From NCBI GenBank assembly GCA_026706245.1, contig JAPOZD010000208.1:1-50863 (forward strand): 50,863 bases of DNA, given 5' to 3'. Positions 1 through 8,141 of this stretch are shown in pieces. Made by a program: the position numbers and the translations under genes. The notes under the pieces were generated by a model. That model was not told the DNA's origin, did no database searches, and saw only the letters and a program-made list of their open reading frames with translations. Within the stretch, counting starts at the first letter, position 1. The number at the start of each line of letters is the position of its first letter. The DNA is from Alphaproteobacteria bacterium (GTDB lineage Bacteria > Pseudomonadota > Alphaproteobacteria > Bin95).

Positions 1-325
1 GAGCTACTGGGTGCGCGACAGGCAGGCCTTCACCCTGGAAGAGGCCGTCCGCAAGCTGACTTTCGAGAATGCGTCCGCCTGGAGCATCGCCGACCGGGGC
101 CTGCTCAGGACCGGCATGGCGGCCGACATCCTGGTGTTTGACGAGGCGGCGGTGAAGCCCTGCCTGCCGACGGTGGAACACGACCTGCCGGGCGGCGAGC
201 GCCGGCTGGTGCAGAAGGCCGAGGGCATCGACGCCACCATCGTCAATGGCGAGGTCACGCTGGAAGGCGGAGAGAGCACCGGCGCCGTTCCGGGCAGGGT
301 CATAAGGGGCCCGCTCGCAGCGTAG
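1..325 (+). CDS. amidohydrolase-family protein, C-terminal fragment (D-aminoacylase-like); the 5' end lies upstream of the window
   Basis: The frame is open from the window edge to the stop ending at 325 (ORF track 11..325). The tail ...AADILVFDEAAV...DLPGGERRLVQKAEGIDATIVNGEV resembles C-termini of N-acyl-D-amino-acid deacylase type amidohydrolases. Confidence 0.5.
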   Translation, partial: SYWVRDRQAFTLEEAVRKLTFENASAWSIADRGLLRTGMAADILVFDEAAVKPCLPTVEHDLPGGERRLVQKAEGIDATIVNGEVTLEGGESTGAVPGRVIRGPLAA

Positions 326-336
326 CGGCGGCCGCC

Positions 337-357
337 CCGGCGGGACTTCTCCGCCGG
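337..357 (+). terminator. weak hairpin downstream of the truncated amidohydrolase gene
   Basis: 7-bp stem ccggcgg (337-343) / ccgccgg (351-357) with a 7-nt loop. It is followed by cgaatgtttatg, so the T tract is poor. Confidence 0.25.
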
Positions 358-592
358 CGAATGTTTATGCCGCCCTGACATGAGATTTTCGCCAATAGCA
401 TGTCCCTTTGCGCGGCGGCGTAATGTTTCCTTCTCGATCCTGCCATAGCCAGAGGGTTTGACCGAAACCTGTAGGACCTGTTTGACAAATATTTCCAGGA
501 ACAGGGGGATTCCTGCTGGCAAGGAAAATCGTTCTTTCTTGAAAGCAAGGCTTGTTGTTCCCACGTCGGAATTCTGGCTACAGGAGGGTGAA

Positions 593-847
593 ATGCTGAC
601 GAAGATTGCCGGAATTCTGACGGTTGTCGCGATATTCGCAGCGTCCGCAGCACACGCCCATCCGGTTCACTACGCAATGGCGGTCGCCCATGCGATGCCC
701 GCCATGCAGCCGCTCCCGGGCAAGGTCTATACCGCGCTCGCGGGCGATGCTGCCGCGGCGAAGGCCGAGGCGCTGGCGCAGTGCCACGACGCCGGCCATG
801 ACGACTGCAATGTCATCAGCAGCGGCGCGCTCTCGCACAACCATTAG
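593..847 (+). CDS. small secreted His-rich protein (84 aa), function unknown
   Basis: Internal ATG at 593 of ORF 458..847, preceded by caggagggtgaa (SD). The N-terminus MLTKIAGILTVVAIFAASAAHA looks like a signal peptide. The mature part has two Cys and many His. Confidence 0.5.
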   Translation: MLTKIAGILTVVAIFAASAAHAHPVHYAMAVAHAMPAMQPLPGKVYTALAGDAAAAKAEALAQCHDAGHDDCNVISSGALSHNH

Positions 848-972
848 CCGACCCGCGCTGTCGAACCGGCCCGTCCCCGTCGGGTCGAAAAAGACTCCCC
901 TGGAGCCCCTTCCGACTGCCGCTGCCCCTCCCTCCCGGGGCGGCGGCCCCTTTTCCCGCTTCGTCGAACGGG

Positions 973-1150
973 CTAATCCTCATCCCCCTCCGCGATATCC
1001 GTCTTGAGGGCCCGTTTCACCCCGTCGCTACGGCTGTGGATCGGCGCGACCTGGCCGTCCAGGCGGAGGAGCCGGTTCAGCCGGCTGCTGAAATTGAGCG
1101 CGCCGTGCAGCACCATGTCCCCGGCCAGCGGTAGACGGTCCTGGTGCGCC
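973..1150 (-). pseudogene. orphan 3'-end fragment of an enoyl-CoA hydratase gene (a diverged duplicate of the end of 1933..2730)
   Basis: It translates to ...MVLHGALNFSSRLNRLLRLDGQVAPIHSRSDGVKRALKTDIAEGDED*, against ...MALHGALNFGNQLNQLLRLNGQIAPIHSRSEGVKQALKTDIADEEAVEGG* in the intact gene. At DNA level 992-1120 vs 1961-2089 match at 115/129 positions by hand count. No crotonase N-terminal body lies upstream. Confidence 0.75.
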
Positions 1151-1171
1151 GCCATCGCCTTGGCGAACCTG

Positions 1172-1192
1172 CTTGACCAAGCCTTGACCAAG
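1172..1192 (+). promoter_or_regulatory. tandem direct repeat cttgaccaag x2; candidate operator and -35 region of the phd/vapC operon
   Basis: cttgaccaag occurs at 1172-1181 and 1183-1192, and each copy contains TTGACC. The repeats lie about 57 nt upstream of the antitoxin ATG at 1249. Confidence 0.3.
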
Positions 1193-1248
1193 GCTGTAAC
1201 GGCGGTTATCTGTGGGCGGACACAGACACGCGGACAGGAACAGGGTCC

Positions 1249-1482
1249 ATGCCTCCCACCTTCAATATCGGCGATGCCAAGACGCGGTTGTCGCATCTGA
1301 TCGCCCAGGCCGAGGAAGGCCGGGATGTCGTCATCGCGCGCAACGGCGTGCCGGCGGCCCGCATTGTGCCGATACGGGAACCGGTCGCCCGCACCGTCGA
1401 ACTGTTGAGGCAGGAACGGAAGGAGCGCCCCGCCGTCTCCGCCGAAGAGATTCGCGCCGCCAGGGACGAGGGCCGCGCCTGA
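1249..1482 (+). CDS. type II antitoxin, Phd/YefM family
   Basis: 77 aa. The N-terminus MPPTFNIGDAKTRLSHLIAQAEEGRDVVIARNGVPAARIVP is the typical Phd/YefM fold signature. Its stop overlaps the start of the downstream PIN gene (TGATG). Confidence 0.85.
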   Translation: MPPTFNIGDAKTRLSHLIAQAEEGRDVVIARNGVPAARIVPIREPVARTVELLRQERKERPAVSAEEIRAARDEGRA

Positions 1483-1883
1483 TGGCTGTCGTTATCGACG
1501 CCTCCATCGCGGCGGCATGGTGTTTTCCCGACGAGCGGGCGCAGGCGGCCGAGCGCGTTCTGGACATCCTGCCGCAAACCGGAGGCGTCGTTCCCGGCCT
1601 TTTCCGGCATGAAATCCGCAATATACTGATCGTGACCGAACGCCGCGGCCGTATCGACCGCACCCAGAGCCTGCGGTTCCTGACACGTTTGCGGAACCTG
1701 CAACTGGCGCAGGACGATTCTCATGACGAAGACACGGTCCTCGCGCTCGCCCGCAATCGCCGCCTGTCCGCCTACGACGCTTCCTATCTGGAGACCGCGT
1801 TGCGCCGGGGCGACAGCCTTGCGACGCTCGACCGCGCCCTTGCCCGCGCCGCCTCCGCCGAGGGTGTAGCCGTCATCGCCTGA
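1482..1883 (+). CDS. vapC: type II toxin VapC (PIN-domain ribonuclease)
   Basis: 133 aa starting MAVVIDASIAAAW. PIN acidic residues are present (VIDAS, RHEIRN, SAYDASYLE). The ATG at 1482 shares one base with the antitoxin stop. Confidence 0.85.
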   Translation: MAVVIDASIAAAWCFPDERAQAAERVLDILPQTGGVVPGLFRHEIRNILIVTERRGRIDRTQSLRFLTRLRNLQLAQDDSHDEDTVLALARNRRLSAYDASYLETALRRGDSLATLDRALARAASAEGVAVIA

Positions 1884-1932
1884 ACGGGCCTCCCTCCGAC
1901 ACGGCACCGGGCGGCCTCCTTCCTGCGGCGGC

Positions 1933-2730
1933 TTATCCGCCTTCCACCGCCTCCTCATCCGCGATATCCGTCTTCAGCGCCTGTTTCACGCCCTCGCTGC
2001 GGCTGTGGATCGGCGCGATCTGGCCGTTCAGGCGAAGGAGCTGGTTCAGCTGGTTGCCGAAATTGAGCGCGCCGTGCAGCGCCATGTCCTCGGCGAGGCG
2101 GTAGGTCGTCTTGGTGCGCCGGACGGCCCAGGGCGCGCGGTCCGTGAGGGTCCCCACGAACGCCGCCGTTTCTGCCGCCAGCCCGCCCGGCTCCGCCAGC
2201 CGGTTGACCAGGCCGAAGTCGAAATACTGCTCGGCGGTGTAAAGGTCGCCGGTCATGGCGATCTCCAGCCCCCGGCGCCGCCCGACCTGGCGCGTGAGCA
2301 GCGCGACGTTCATGGCGGCCGGGAAGCCATAGACCATCTCCACATTGCCGAACCGCGCGCCGCGCTCGGCTACCAGGAAGTCGCAGGCGAGCGACATGGC
2401 CTGCCCGCCGCCGAGCGCCATGCCGTGCACGGCGGCGACGGTCGGCTTCGGCGATTCGATCAGCAGCGAGAGCGCCTCCAGAAAGATATCCACCGCCGCG
2501 TCCACGGACATGTCCTGGAGAATGGCGGCGTCCCCGAACTCGGAGGCGTCGCGCCCGGAGGTGAAGCAGTCGCCCGCGCCCCGGACGACGATGGCGCGCA
2601 CCTCGTCATCCGCATTGGCGCGCCTGACCGCCGCCACGAACGCCTCCAGCAGCGCGTCGTTCATCGCGTTCTTCTTCTCCGGGCGGTTGAGGGTCAGCAC
2701 GGCGGCGCGGTTCTCCTGCGCGACGAGCAC
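1933..2730 (-). CDS. enoyl-CoA hydratase/isomerase (crotonase) family protein
   Basis: 265 aa. Crotonase signatures: LTLNRPEKKNAM, VVRGAGDCFTSGRD, AAVHGMALGGGQAMSLACDF. Confidence 0.9.
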   Translation of the reverse strand: MLVAQENRAAVLTLNRPEKKNAMNDALLEAFVAAVRRANADDEVRAIVVRGAGDCFTSGRDASEFGDAAILQDMSVDAAVDIFLEALSLLIESPKPTVAAVHGMALGGGQAMSLACDFLVAERGARFGNVEMVYGFPAAMNVALLTRQVGRRRGLEIAMTGDLYTAEQYFDFGLVNRLAEPGGLAAETAAFVGTLTDRAPWAVRRTKTTYRLAEDMALHGALNFGNQLNQLLRLNGQIAPIHSRSEGVKQALKTDIADEEAVEGG

Positions 2731-2843
2731 GAGCGGTCGGTCCGTCCGATCCTAACCCGGAATCGGCGCCGGCGGTCGCAGCCCGGCATGCCCAGAGCCG
2801 CGCCGGCGCGCGGGACTGCCGGGATCCGGAACCAGGTGAGCGT

Positions 2844-3617
2844 TCACGTGGTCCAGATATCCCGGCGCTCGAACACCTCCTTCAGGAGCTCCGCCTCGTC
2901 GGTCATGATCCCGTCCACGCCGAGATCGAGAAGGCGGTTCATCTCCGCCTCCCCATTGATGGTCCATGCATGCACCGGCAGGCTGCGGGCGTGCGCTGCC
3001 GCCATGAACGCGCGGTCGATGACCGGAACGCCGTACCGATGCGTCGGGACCTGCACGCAATCGGCCGCAAATCCGCCGAGAGGCAGGCAATGGCCGGACA
3101 GCCAGAGTCGGACGACTTCGGCCGTGCCCATCGAGGTGCACAGCCGGTCGCCGGCTGCGGCCCGGATGCGGCGAAGGCGGGCGCTGGAAGCCGATCCCAC
3201 GCAAACCCGGTCCCAGGCATCGGTGTCCCGGAGAACATCGAGCAGGGGTCCGACGGCGCCGTCCTGCTTCGGGTCTATGTTGACCCTGAGCGAGTCCCAG
3301 GTCGTCAGCAGCTCCTCGAGGCGCGGAATCGGTTCCCGTCCGGCGACGCGGACGCGGCGAAGCTCCGGCCAGTCCATCTCCGAGAGGGCGCCCTGCCTGT
3401 CCGTGAGGCGGTCCAAGTGGCTGTCGTGAAACACGACAAGGACATTGTCGGCAGTGGCGTGAACGTCGGTCTCGACGATCCGGTAGCCGAGCTCGACCGC
3501 GGCGGCGAAGGCGGCCATCGTGTTCTCGGGATACCGTGCGGAGTAGCCGCGATGCGCGATGGCCGCCGGCAGCGGATAGCCGGGATGGCGCAGAAACGGA
3601 TGCAGGTCGCGCGTCAT
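2844..3617 (-). CDS. glycerophosphodiester phosphodiesterase family protein
   Basis: Internal start MTRDLHPF... of the 599-aa ORF, with ATG at 3617-3615 and GGGGTGAGG upstream. GDPD motifs AHRGYSARYPENT, ETDVHATADNVLVVFHD. The longer upstream extension overlaps the dapA-like gene on the other strand and is Arg/Ala-rich. Confidence 0.85.
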   Translation of the reverse strand: MTRDLHPFLRHPGYPLPAAIAHRGYSARYPENTMAAFAAAVELGYRIVETDVHATADNVLVVFHDSHLDRLTDRQGALSEMDWPELRRVRVAGREPIPRLEELLTTWDSLRVNIDPKQDGAVGPLLDVLRDTDAWDRVCVGSASSARLRRIRAAAGDRLCTSMGTAEVVRLWLSGHCLPLGGFAADCVQVPTHRYGVPVIDRAFMAAAHARSLPVHAWTINGEAEMNRLLDLGVDGIMTDEAELLKEVFERRDIWTT

Positions 3618-3731
3618 GTCCTCACCCCCGGACGGTCGGAGCGGCGCCGGCAAGGATAAGGCCCGATCCGGGTCCGGCGGAAATCGCGTAAGCTGGCGCG
3701 GGCCGGCATTCGCGGAGCGGGAGAGAACGGC

Positions 3732-4646
3732 ATGGCGAGACCCTGGCGCGGCGTGTGGCCGGTCGTCCCGACCGTCTTCACCGAAACCGGAGACCTCGAC
3801 CTCGAAGGCCAGAGGCGGGTCATCGACTGCATGGTGGACCAGGGCTCGGACGGGCTCTGCATCCTCGCCAACTATTCCGAGCAGTTCCTGATCTCGGACG
3901 AGGAGCGCGAGGTGCTTGCCCGGACCTGCCTGGAGCATGTCGCGAGCCGCCTGCCGGTGATCGTCGCGGCCTCGCATTTCTCGACTCGGATCGTGGTCGA
4001 GCGCTGCCGGCGGGCGGCGGAGCTGGGCGCGGCGATGGTCATGCTGATGCCGCCCTATCACGGCGCGGGGCTCCGGGGCACGGAAGCGCAGACATACGAG
4101 CAGTTCGCCCGCGCTGCCGAGGCGGGCCTGCCGATCATGGTGCAGGATGCGCCGCTCTCGGGCGTGGCGCTCTCCGTGCCGTTCCTCGTCCGGCTCGCAA
4201 AGGAGATCGGCGGGGTCGCCTATTTCAAGATCGAGACGCCGCAGGCCGCGGCGAAGCTGCGCGCGCTCATCCGGGCGGGCGGCGAGGCCATTGAGGGGCC
4301 GTTCGACGGCGAGGAAGCGATCACCCTGATGGCAGACCTCGACGCCGGCGCCACCGGCACCATGCCGAGCGCGCTGCTGCCGGACCTGCTGAAGCCCGTC
4401 GTGGACGCCCACCGCGAAGGCCGCCGCGAGGAAGCCGCCGCCGCTTATGCCCGCGCGCTGCCGCTCATCAACTACGAGAACCGCCAGTGCGGCCTGCGCG
4501 CCTGCAAGGCGGCGATGAAAGCCGGCGGCATCATCCGCTCCGACCACGTCCGCGCCCCGCTCGCCCCCCTGGAGCCGGAAGTGCTGGCGGGCCTCATGGA
4601 ACTCGCGCGGCCTCTGGACCTGCTCGCGCTGCGCTGGGGGCATTGA
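3732..4646 (+). CDS. dihydrodipicolinate synthase (DapA/NAL) family lyase
   Basis: 304 aa with a class I aldolase TIM-barrel pattern (VPTVFTETGDLDLEG..., LCILANYSE, MVMLMPPYH, YFKIETP with the candidate Schiff-base Lys). Confidence 0.8.
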   Translation: MARPWRGVWPVVPTVFTETGDLDLEGQRRVIDCMVDQGSDGLCILANYSEQFLISDEEREVLARTCLEHVASRLPVIVAASHFSTRIVVERCRRAAELGAAMVMLMPPYHGAGLRGTEAQTYEQFARAAEAGLPIMVQDAPLSGVALSVPFLVRLAKEIGGVAYFKIETPQAAAKLRALIRAGGEAIEGPFDGEEAITLMADLDAGATGTMPSALLPDLLKPVVDAHREGRREEAAAAYARALPLINYENRQCGLRACKAAMKAGGIIRSDHVRAPLAPLEPEVLAGLMELARPLDLLALRWGH

Positions 4647-4673
4647 GGGGCGTTGGCCGGAACGCTCGGACTC

Positions 4674-4702
4674 TTGAGTGATTGTAAACTATAGTTTACA
4701 TT
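4674..4702 (+). promoter_or_regulatory. candidate promoter (TTGAGT-17-TACATT) enclosing a perfect 18-bp palindromic operator
   Basis: tgtaaacta/tagtttaca is a perfect palindrome at 4683-4700. The -10-like TACATT ends 6 nt before the ATG at 4709, and no SD is visible. Confidence 0.5.
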
Positions 4703-4708
4703 CCGGGC

Positions 4709-5005
4709 ATGATCGAAGTCGTCGAAAGCTCTACCTTCAAGAGGTGGCTTCGCGATTTGCGGGACCGGGGCGCGGTCGCCCGGATCAATGCAAGACTGCG
4801 GAACATATCGCTTGGAAATTTTGGCGATGCGAGGAACCTGGGCGGCGGCATATCCGAGATGCGCATTCACCACGGGCCCGGCTACCGCCTCTATTTCATG
4901 CGCGACGGGACAACCGCAGTGATGCTTTGCGGTGGCGACAAGGACAGCCAACAGCGAGACATCCCGCGCGCCAGACGCTTGGCAATCGATTGGAGGCAGG
5001 CATGA
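4709..5005 (+). CDS. addiction-module killer protein (RelE/HigB superfamily)
   Basis: 98 aa. MIEVVESSTFKRWLRDLRD...ARINARLRNISLGNFGDARNLGGGISEMRIHHGPGYRLYF...CGGDKDSQQRDI matches the 'putative addiction module killer protein' family pattern. Confidence 0.85.
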   Translation: MIEVVESSTFKRWLRDLRDRGAVARINARLRNISLGNFGDARNLGGGISEMRIHHGPGYRLYFMRDGTTAVMLCGGDKDSQQRDIPRARRLAIDWRQA

Positions 5006-5289
5006 CCGAAACCTTCACGCGATGGGACGCCGCAGAGCATCTTCATAGCAAGGAGGATGTGCGTCTCTATCTCGAAGCCTGCGCGGAGGAAGACCCGGGC
5101 GATGGCAGCCTGGTCCGCGCTGCGTTGAACGACATCGCCCGCGCACAGAACATGAGCCGTCTTGCACGGGATGCCGGCATGACTCGCGAGGGGCTCTACA
5201 AGGCGTTATCGGAGAACGGAAACCCCACCTTCGCCACCGTCATGCGGATTACCCGCGCGCTGGGAATGCAGCTGCGCTTCACGACATAG
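5002..5289 (+). CDS. addiction-module antidote protein (HTH, HigA-like)
   Basis: 95 aa. The ATG at 5002 overlaps the toxin stop (ATGA). ...LNDIARAQNMSRLARDAGMTREGLYKALSENGNPTFATVMRITRALGMQL is the typical HTH antidote signature. Confidence 0.85.
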   Translation: MTETFTRWDAAEHLHSKEDVRLYLEACAEEDPGDGSLVRAALNDIARAQNMSRLARDAGMTREGLYKALSENGNPTFATVMRITRALGMQLRFTT

Positions 5290-5822
5290 TGCAAGCGTGG
5301 GAAACAACCGGCTATGGACCCCGCATTCAAGCGCATGCGGCCGGCTCCATCCGCCCGGAGACCGCCGATGATCGGGAAGCGGTAAGGCAGCTCCTGCTGG
5401 CGACCTTTCCGACTTCCGACGAGGCACGGCTGGTGGAGCGGCTGCGCGGGGACGGGGATGCGGTCCTATCACTGGTTGCCGTCGAGGCGGAGGCGGTCGT
5501 GGGGCATGTGCTGTTTTCGCGATTGCGCGCGCCCGCCGCCGCCCTTGCCCTTGCACCGCTTGCGGTCCGCGCGGACCGGCGGCGGCGCGGCATCGGCGCT
5601 GGGCTGGTTGCAGCGGGACTCCACCGGGCGAAGCGGGAGGGCTGGCGGGCGGTCGTCGTGCTGGGCGATCCGGCCTATTACAGCCGCTTCGGCTTCCGGC
5701 CGGAAGCGGTGCGCGGCATGGCCTCCCCCTATGCCGGCCCCGCCCTGATGGGGCTCGCGCTCGCGCCGGACGGTCTGAGCGGTCCGTGCATCGAGTACGC
5801 CCCCGCCTTCGCCTCCCTGTAG
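5289..5822 (+). CDS. GNAT family N-acetyltransferase (YhbS-like)
   Basis: Core IRPETADDREAVRQLL...LVAVEAEAVVGHVLFS...LAPLAVRADRRRRGIGAGLV...VVVLGDPAYYSRFGF. The start is uncertain: the only in-frame start before IRPE is GTG 5289, which overlaps the antidote stop (TAGTG). Confidence 0.75.
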   Translation: MQAWETTGYGPRIQAHAAGSIRPETADDREAVRQLLLATFPTSDEARLVERLRGDGDAVLSLVAVEAEAVVGHVLFSRLRAPAAALALAPLAVRADRRRRGIGAGLVAAGLHRAKREGWRAVVVLGDPAYYSRFGFRPEAVRGMASPYAGPALMGLALAPDGLSGPCIEYAPAFASL

Positions 5823-5832
5823 CGTTTCCGGG

Positions 5833-6951
5833 TCAGCCCGGCCGGTGCGCTGCGAGCGCGTCCCAGTCGAAGGCGATGCCGTGGCCGGGGCGGTCGGGGG
5901 CGCGGGCGTAGCCGTCCTCGACCGTCAGCGGGTCCGCCATGAACTTGTCGAGGCCGAAGGCGTGCCATTCCAGATAGGCCGCGTTCGGGGCCGCGGCGAG
6001 CAGGTGGATATGCAGGTCGTGCGCGCCGTGGCTCATCACCGGCAGGCCGTTCGCCTCGGCAAGATGCGCGATTTTCATGAAGGGCGTGATGCCGCCGCAG
6101 GTGGTGAGGTCGGGCTCCGGGAAATCGACCCCGCCGGCGCCGATCAGCGCCGCGAACTCGGCGAGCGTGTGGTGGTTCTCGCCCGCCGCCAGCGGCACCA
6201 GGCCCATTGCGCGCAGATGCGCGTAGCCGGCGGTGTTGTCGGGCGCAATCGGCTCCTCCAGCCAGACGAGGTCGAAGGGCTGCAGCAGCGTCATGGCGCG
6301 CATCGCCTGCTCCACCCGCCAGGCCTCATTCGCATCCGCCATCAGCTCGATCTCGTCCGGCAGGTGGTTGCGCATCGCCTCGACGCGCGCGATGTCCTCC
6401 CGCAAGGTCGGGCGGCCGAGCCGCATCTTGACCGACCGGAAGCCCGCCTCGACGCTCGCCATGCCGCCCGCCAGCAGCTCGTCCACCGGGAAGTTGAGGT
6501 CGATATTGCCGGCATAGGCGCGCACGCTGGGGTTCGCCCCGCCGAGCAGGCGCCAGAGCGGGGCGCCCAGCCTGTTGCCCTTCAGGTCCCAGAGCGCGAC
6601 GTCCACCGCCGCCATCGCGAAGCCGGTGGCGCCGCCGCGCCCGGCATAGTGGTGGCGCTTGTAGAGGTCCCGCCAGATCGCCTCGATCAGGTCCGGATCC
6701 CTGCCCTCGATGCTGGAGCGGAAGGAGCCGTCGCACATCGCCGCGATCGGGCCGCCCTGCCCTTCATGCATGACGGTGTAGCCCACCCCCGATGCGCCGT
6801 CGCTGTCGGTGATCCGCGCCGTCACCATGTCGAAGGCGGTCATCACGCCGGCGGCCGAGGCCTCCATCGCCACCGGCAGCGGCAGGCGGAACAGGTCGAT
6901 GTCCAGCTTGTCGATTGTCGCCACGGTCCCGGTCCCCCCTCTGGCGTGCAT
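5833..6951 (-). CDS. mandelate racemase/muconate lactonizing enzyme (enolase superfamily) protein
   Basis: 372 aa. AAVDVALWDLKGNRLGAPLWRLLGG, the metal-ligand region ELMADANEAW...WLEEP, and the C-terminal barrel pattern. Confidence 0.85.
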   Translation of the reverse strand: MHARGGTGTVATIDKLDIDLFRLPLPVAMEASAAGVMTAFDMVTARITDSDGASGVGYTVMHEGQGGPIAAMCDGSFRSSIEGRDPDLIEAIWRDLYKRHHYAGRGGATGFAMAAVDVALWDLKGNRLGAPLWRLLGGANPSVRAYAGNIDLNFPVDELLAGGMASVEAGFRSVKMRLGRPTLREDIARVEAMRNHLPDEIELMADANEAWRVEQAMRAMTLLQPFDLVWLEEPIAPDNTAGYAHLRAMGLVPLAAGENHHTLAEFAALIGAGGVDFPEPDLTTCGGITPFMKIAHLAEANGLPVMSHGAHDLHIHLLAAAPNAAYLEWHAFGLDKFMADPLTVEDGYARAPDRPGHGIAFDWDALAAHRPG

Positions 6952-7028
6952 GCGGCGGTGTTGTTGCCGGGATAATTCACCATGCGCTATAGGGAGGCAA
7001 CCGGAGGCCGAAGGGAGCCAGCGCGCCG

Positions 7029-8108
7029 ATGCCCTACGATGCCGAACGCCTGCATGAGGTTCCCGACGACCCGCTCGCCGCCATCGACTATTGCTACGAG
7101 CAGGGCTGGACCGACGGCCTGCCCGTGGTGCCGCCGGGCGCGGAGCGCGTGGAGGAGATGCTGGGCTATGAGGGCCGCCCGCCCGAGACGCCCATCGCCC
7201 GCCATCCCGCCACGGGGCTGGAATGCACCGTCCATGCTGCGGCAGTGAACGCGGTCATGGCCGGCTGCCGGCCCGAATATTTCCCGGTTCTGGTCGCGGC
7301 CTTCGAGGCCATGAACGAGCCCGGCTTCAACTTCCACGGCTCGACCGCCTCCACCGGCGGCTCCGCCCCGCTGCTGGTCGTCAGCGGCCCGGTCACCGAC
7401 GACATCCACATGAACGCGGACGTCAACCTGTTCGGCCCCGGCAACCGCGCCAACGCCACCATCGGCCGCGCCGTGCGCCTCATCCTGATGAACGTCTTCC
7501 GGATGGTCCCCGGCATTTCCGACAAATCGACCCAGGGCCATCCGGGCAAGTTCTCCTTCTGCATCGCGGAGCGCAGCCGCGGCAATCCCTGGCCGCTGCT
7601 GTGCGAGGAGCAGGGCTATCCGGAAGGTGTCAGCAGCGTCACGGTGTTCGCCGGCGGCGGCTTCTGCAATATCGAGAACCATGGCGGCAACACGCCGGAG
7701 CACATTCTGGCGACGGTGGCGGACGCCATGGCGAATTACGGCTGCATTACGCTCGGCCAGTCCGTCGTGGTGCTGGCGCCGGAGCATATGCGCATCCTCG
7801 CCGGCGCCGGCTGGACGCGCAGGCAGGCGCAGGAATACCTGTTCGCCCATGCCTGCCGCCCGGTCGAGGGCATGAAAGCCGTCGGCAAGCACCGCGACGT
7901 CGAATACGGCAGGCAGCATGGCGAGGAGGGCGCGCACCCGCTGGCGGGCGACGGCAGGTTCCACCGCGGCCTCGGCCCGGACGACATCCTGATCCTGATG
8001 GGCGGCGGCGACGCCGGCGGCCATTCAAGCTTCATCCCCTCCTGGAGCCGCGGCCGCGGCTCCCTCATGCAGTCGAAACCCATCGGCGTGTGCATCGATT
8101 GCGAATAG
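7029..8108 (+). CDS. conserved hypothetical protein (359 aa), upstream partner of the UGSC selenoprotein gene
   Basis: Long ORF with non-shadow composition ([36 protein letters not shown]...). It ends ...PIGVCIDCE, 33 nt before the next gene. I recognise no family. Confidence 0.7.
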   Translation: MPYDAERLHEVPDDPLAAIDYCYEQGWTDGLPVVPPGAERVEEMLGYEGRPPETPIARHPATGLECTVHAAAVNAVMAGCRPEYFPVLVAAFEAMNEPGFNFHGSTASTGGSAPLLVVSGPVTDDIHMNADVNLFGPGNRANATIGRAVRLILMNVFRMVPGISDKSTQGHPGKFSFCIAERSRGNPWPLLCEEQGYPEGVSSVTVFAGGGFCNIENHGGNTPEHILATVADAMANYGCITLGQSVVVLAPEHMRILAGAGWTRRQAQEYLFAHACRPVEGMKAVGKHRDVEYGRQHGEEGAHPLAGDGRFHRGLGPDDILILMGGGDAGGHSSFIPSWSRGRGSLMQSKPIGVCIDCE

Positions 8109-8141
8109 ACTGAAACCGGCAACGGACAGGAGACGACAGGC

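Noticed and set aside
2844-4643. The 599-aa ORF as a single large protein.
   Set aside because: - Only the C-terminal 257 residues show GDPD motifs.
- The N-terminal 340 residues are antisense to the well-supported dapA-family gene and are low-complexity.
- An internal ATG at 3617 with an SD was used instead.
5289-5822. The GNAT gene as a third (GNAT-type, TacT/AtaT-like) toxin coupled to the preceding TA operon.
   Set aside because: - The sequence pattern is YhbS/COG3153-like, not the tRNA-acetylating toxin type.
- No RHH-DUF1778 antitoxin is adjacent.
- The start overlap is more simply explained by insertion of the cassette at its 5' end.
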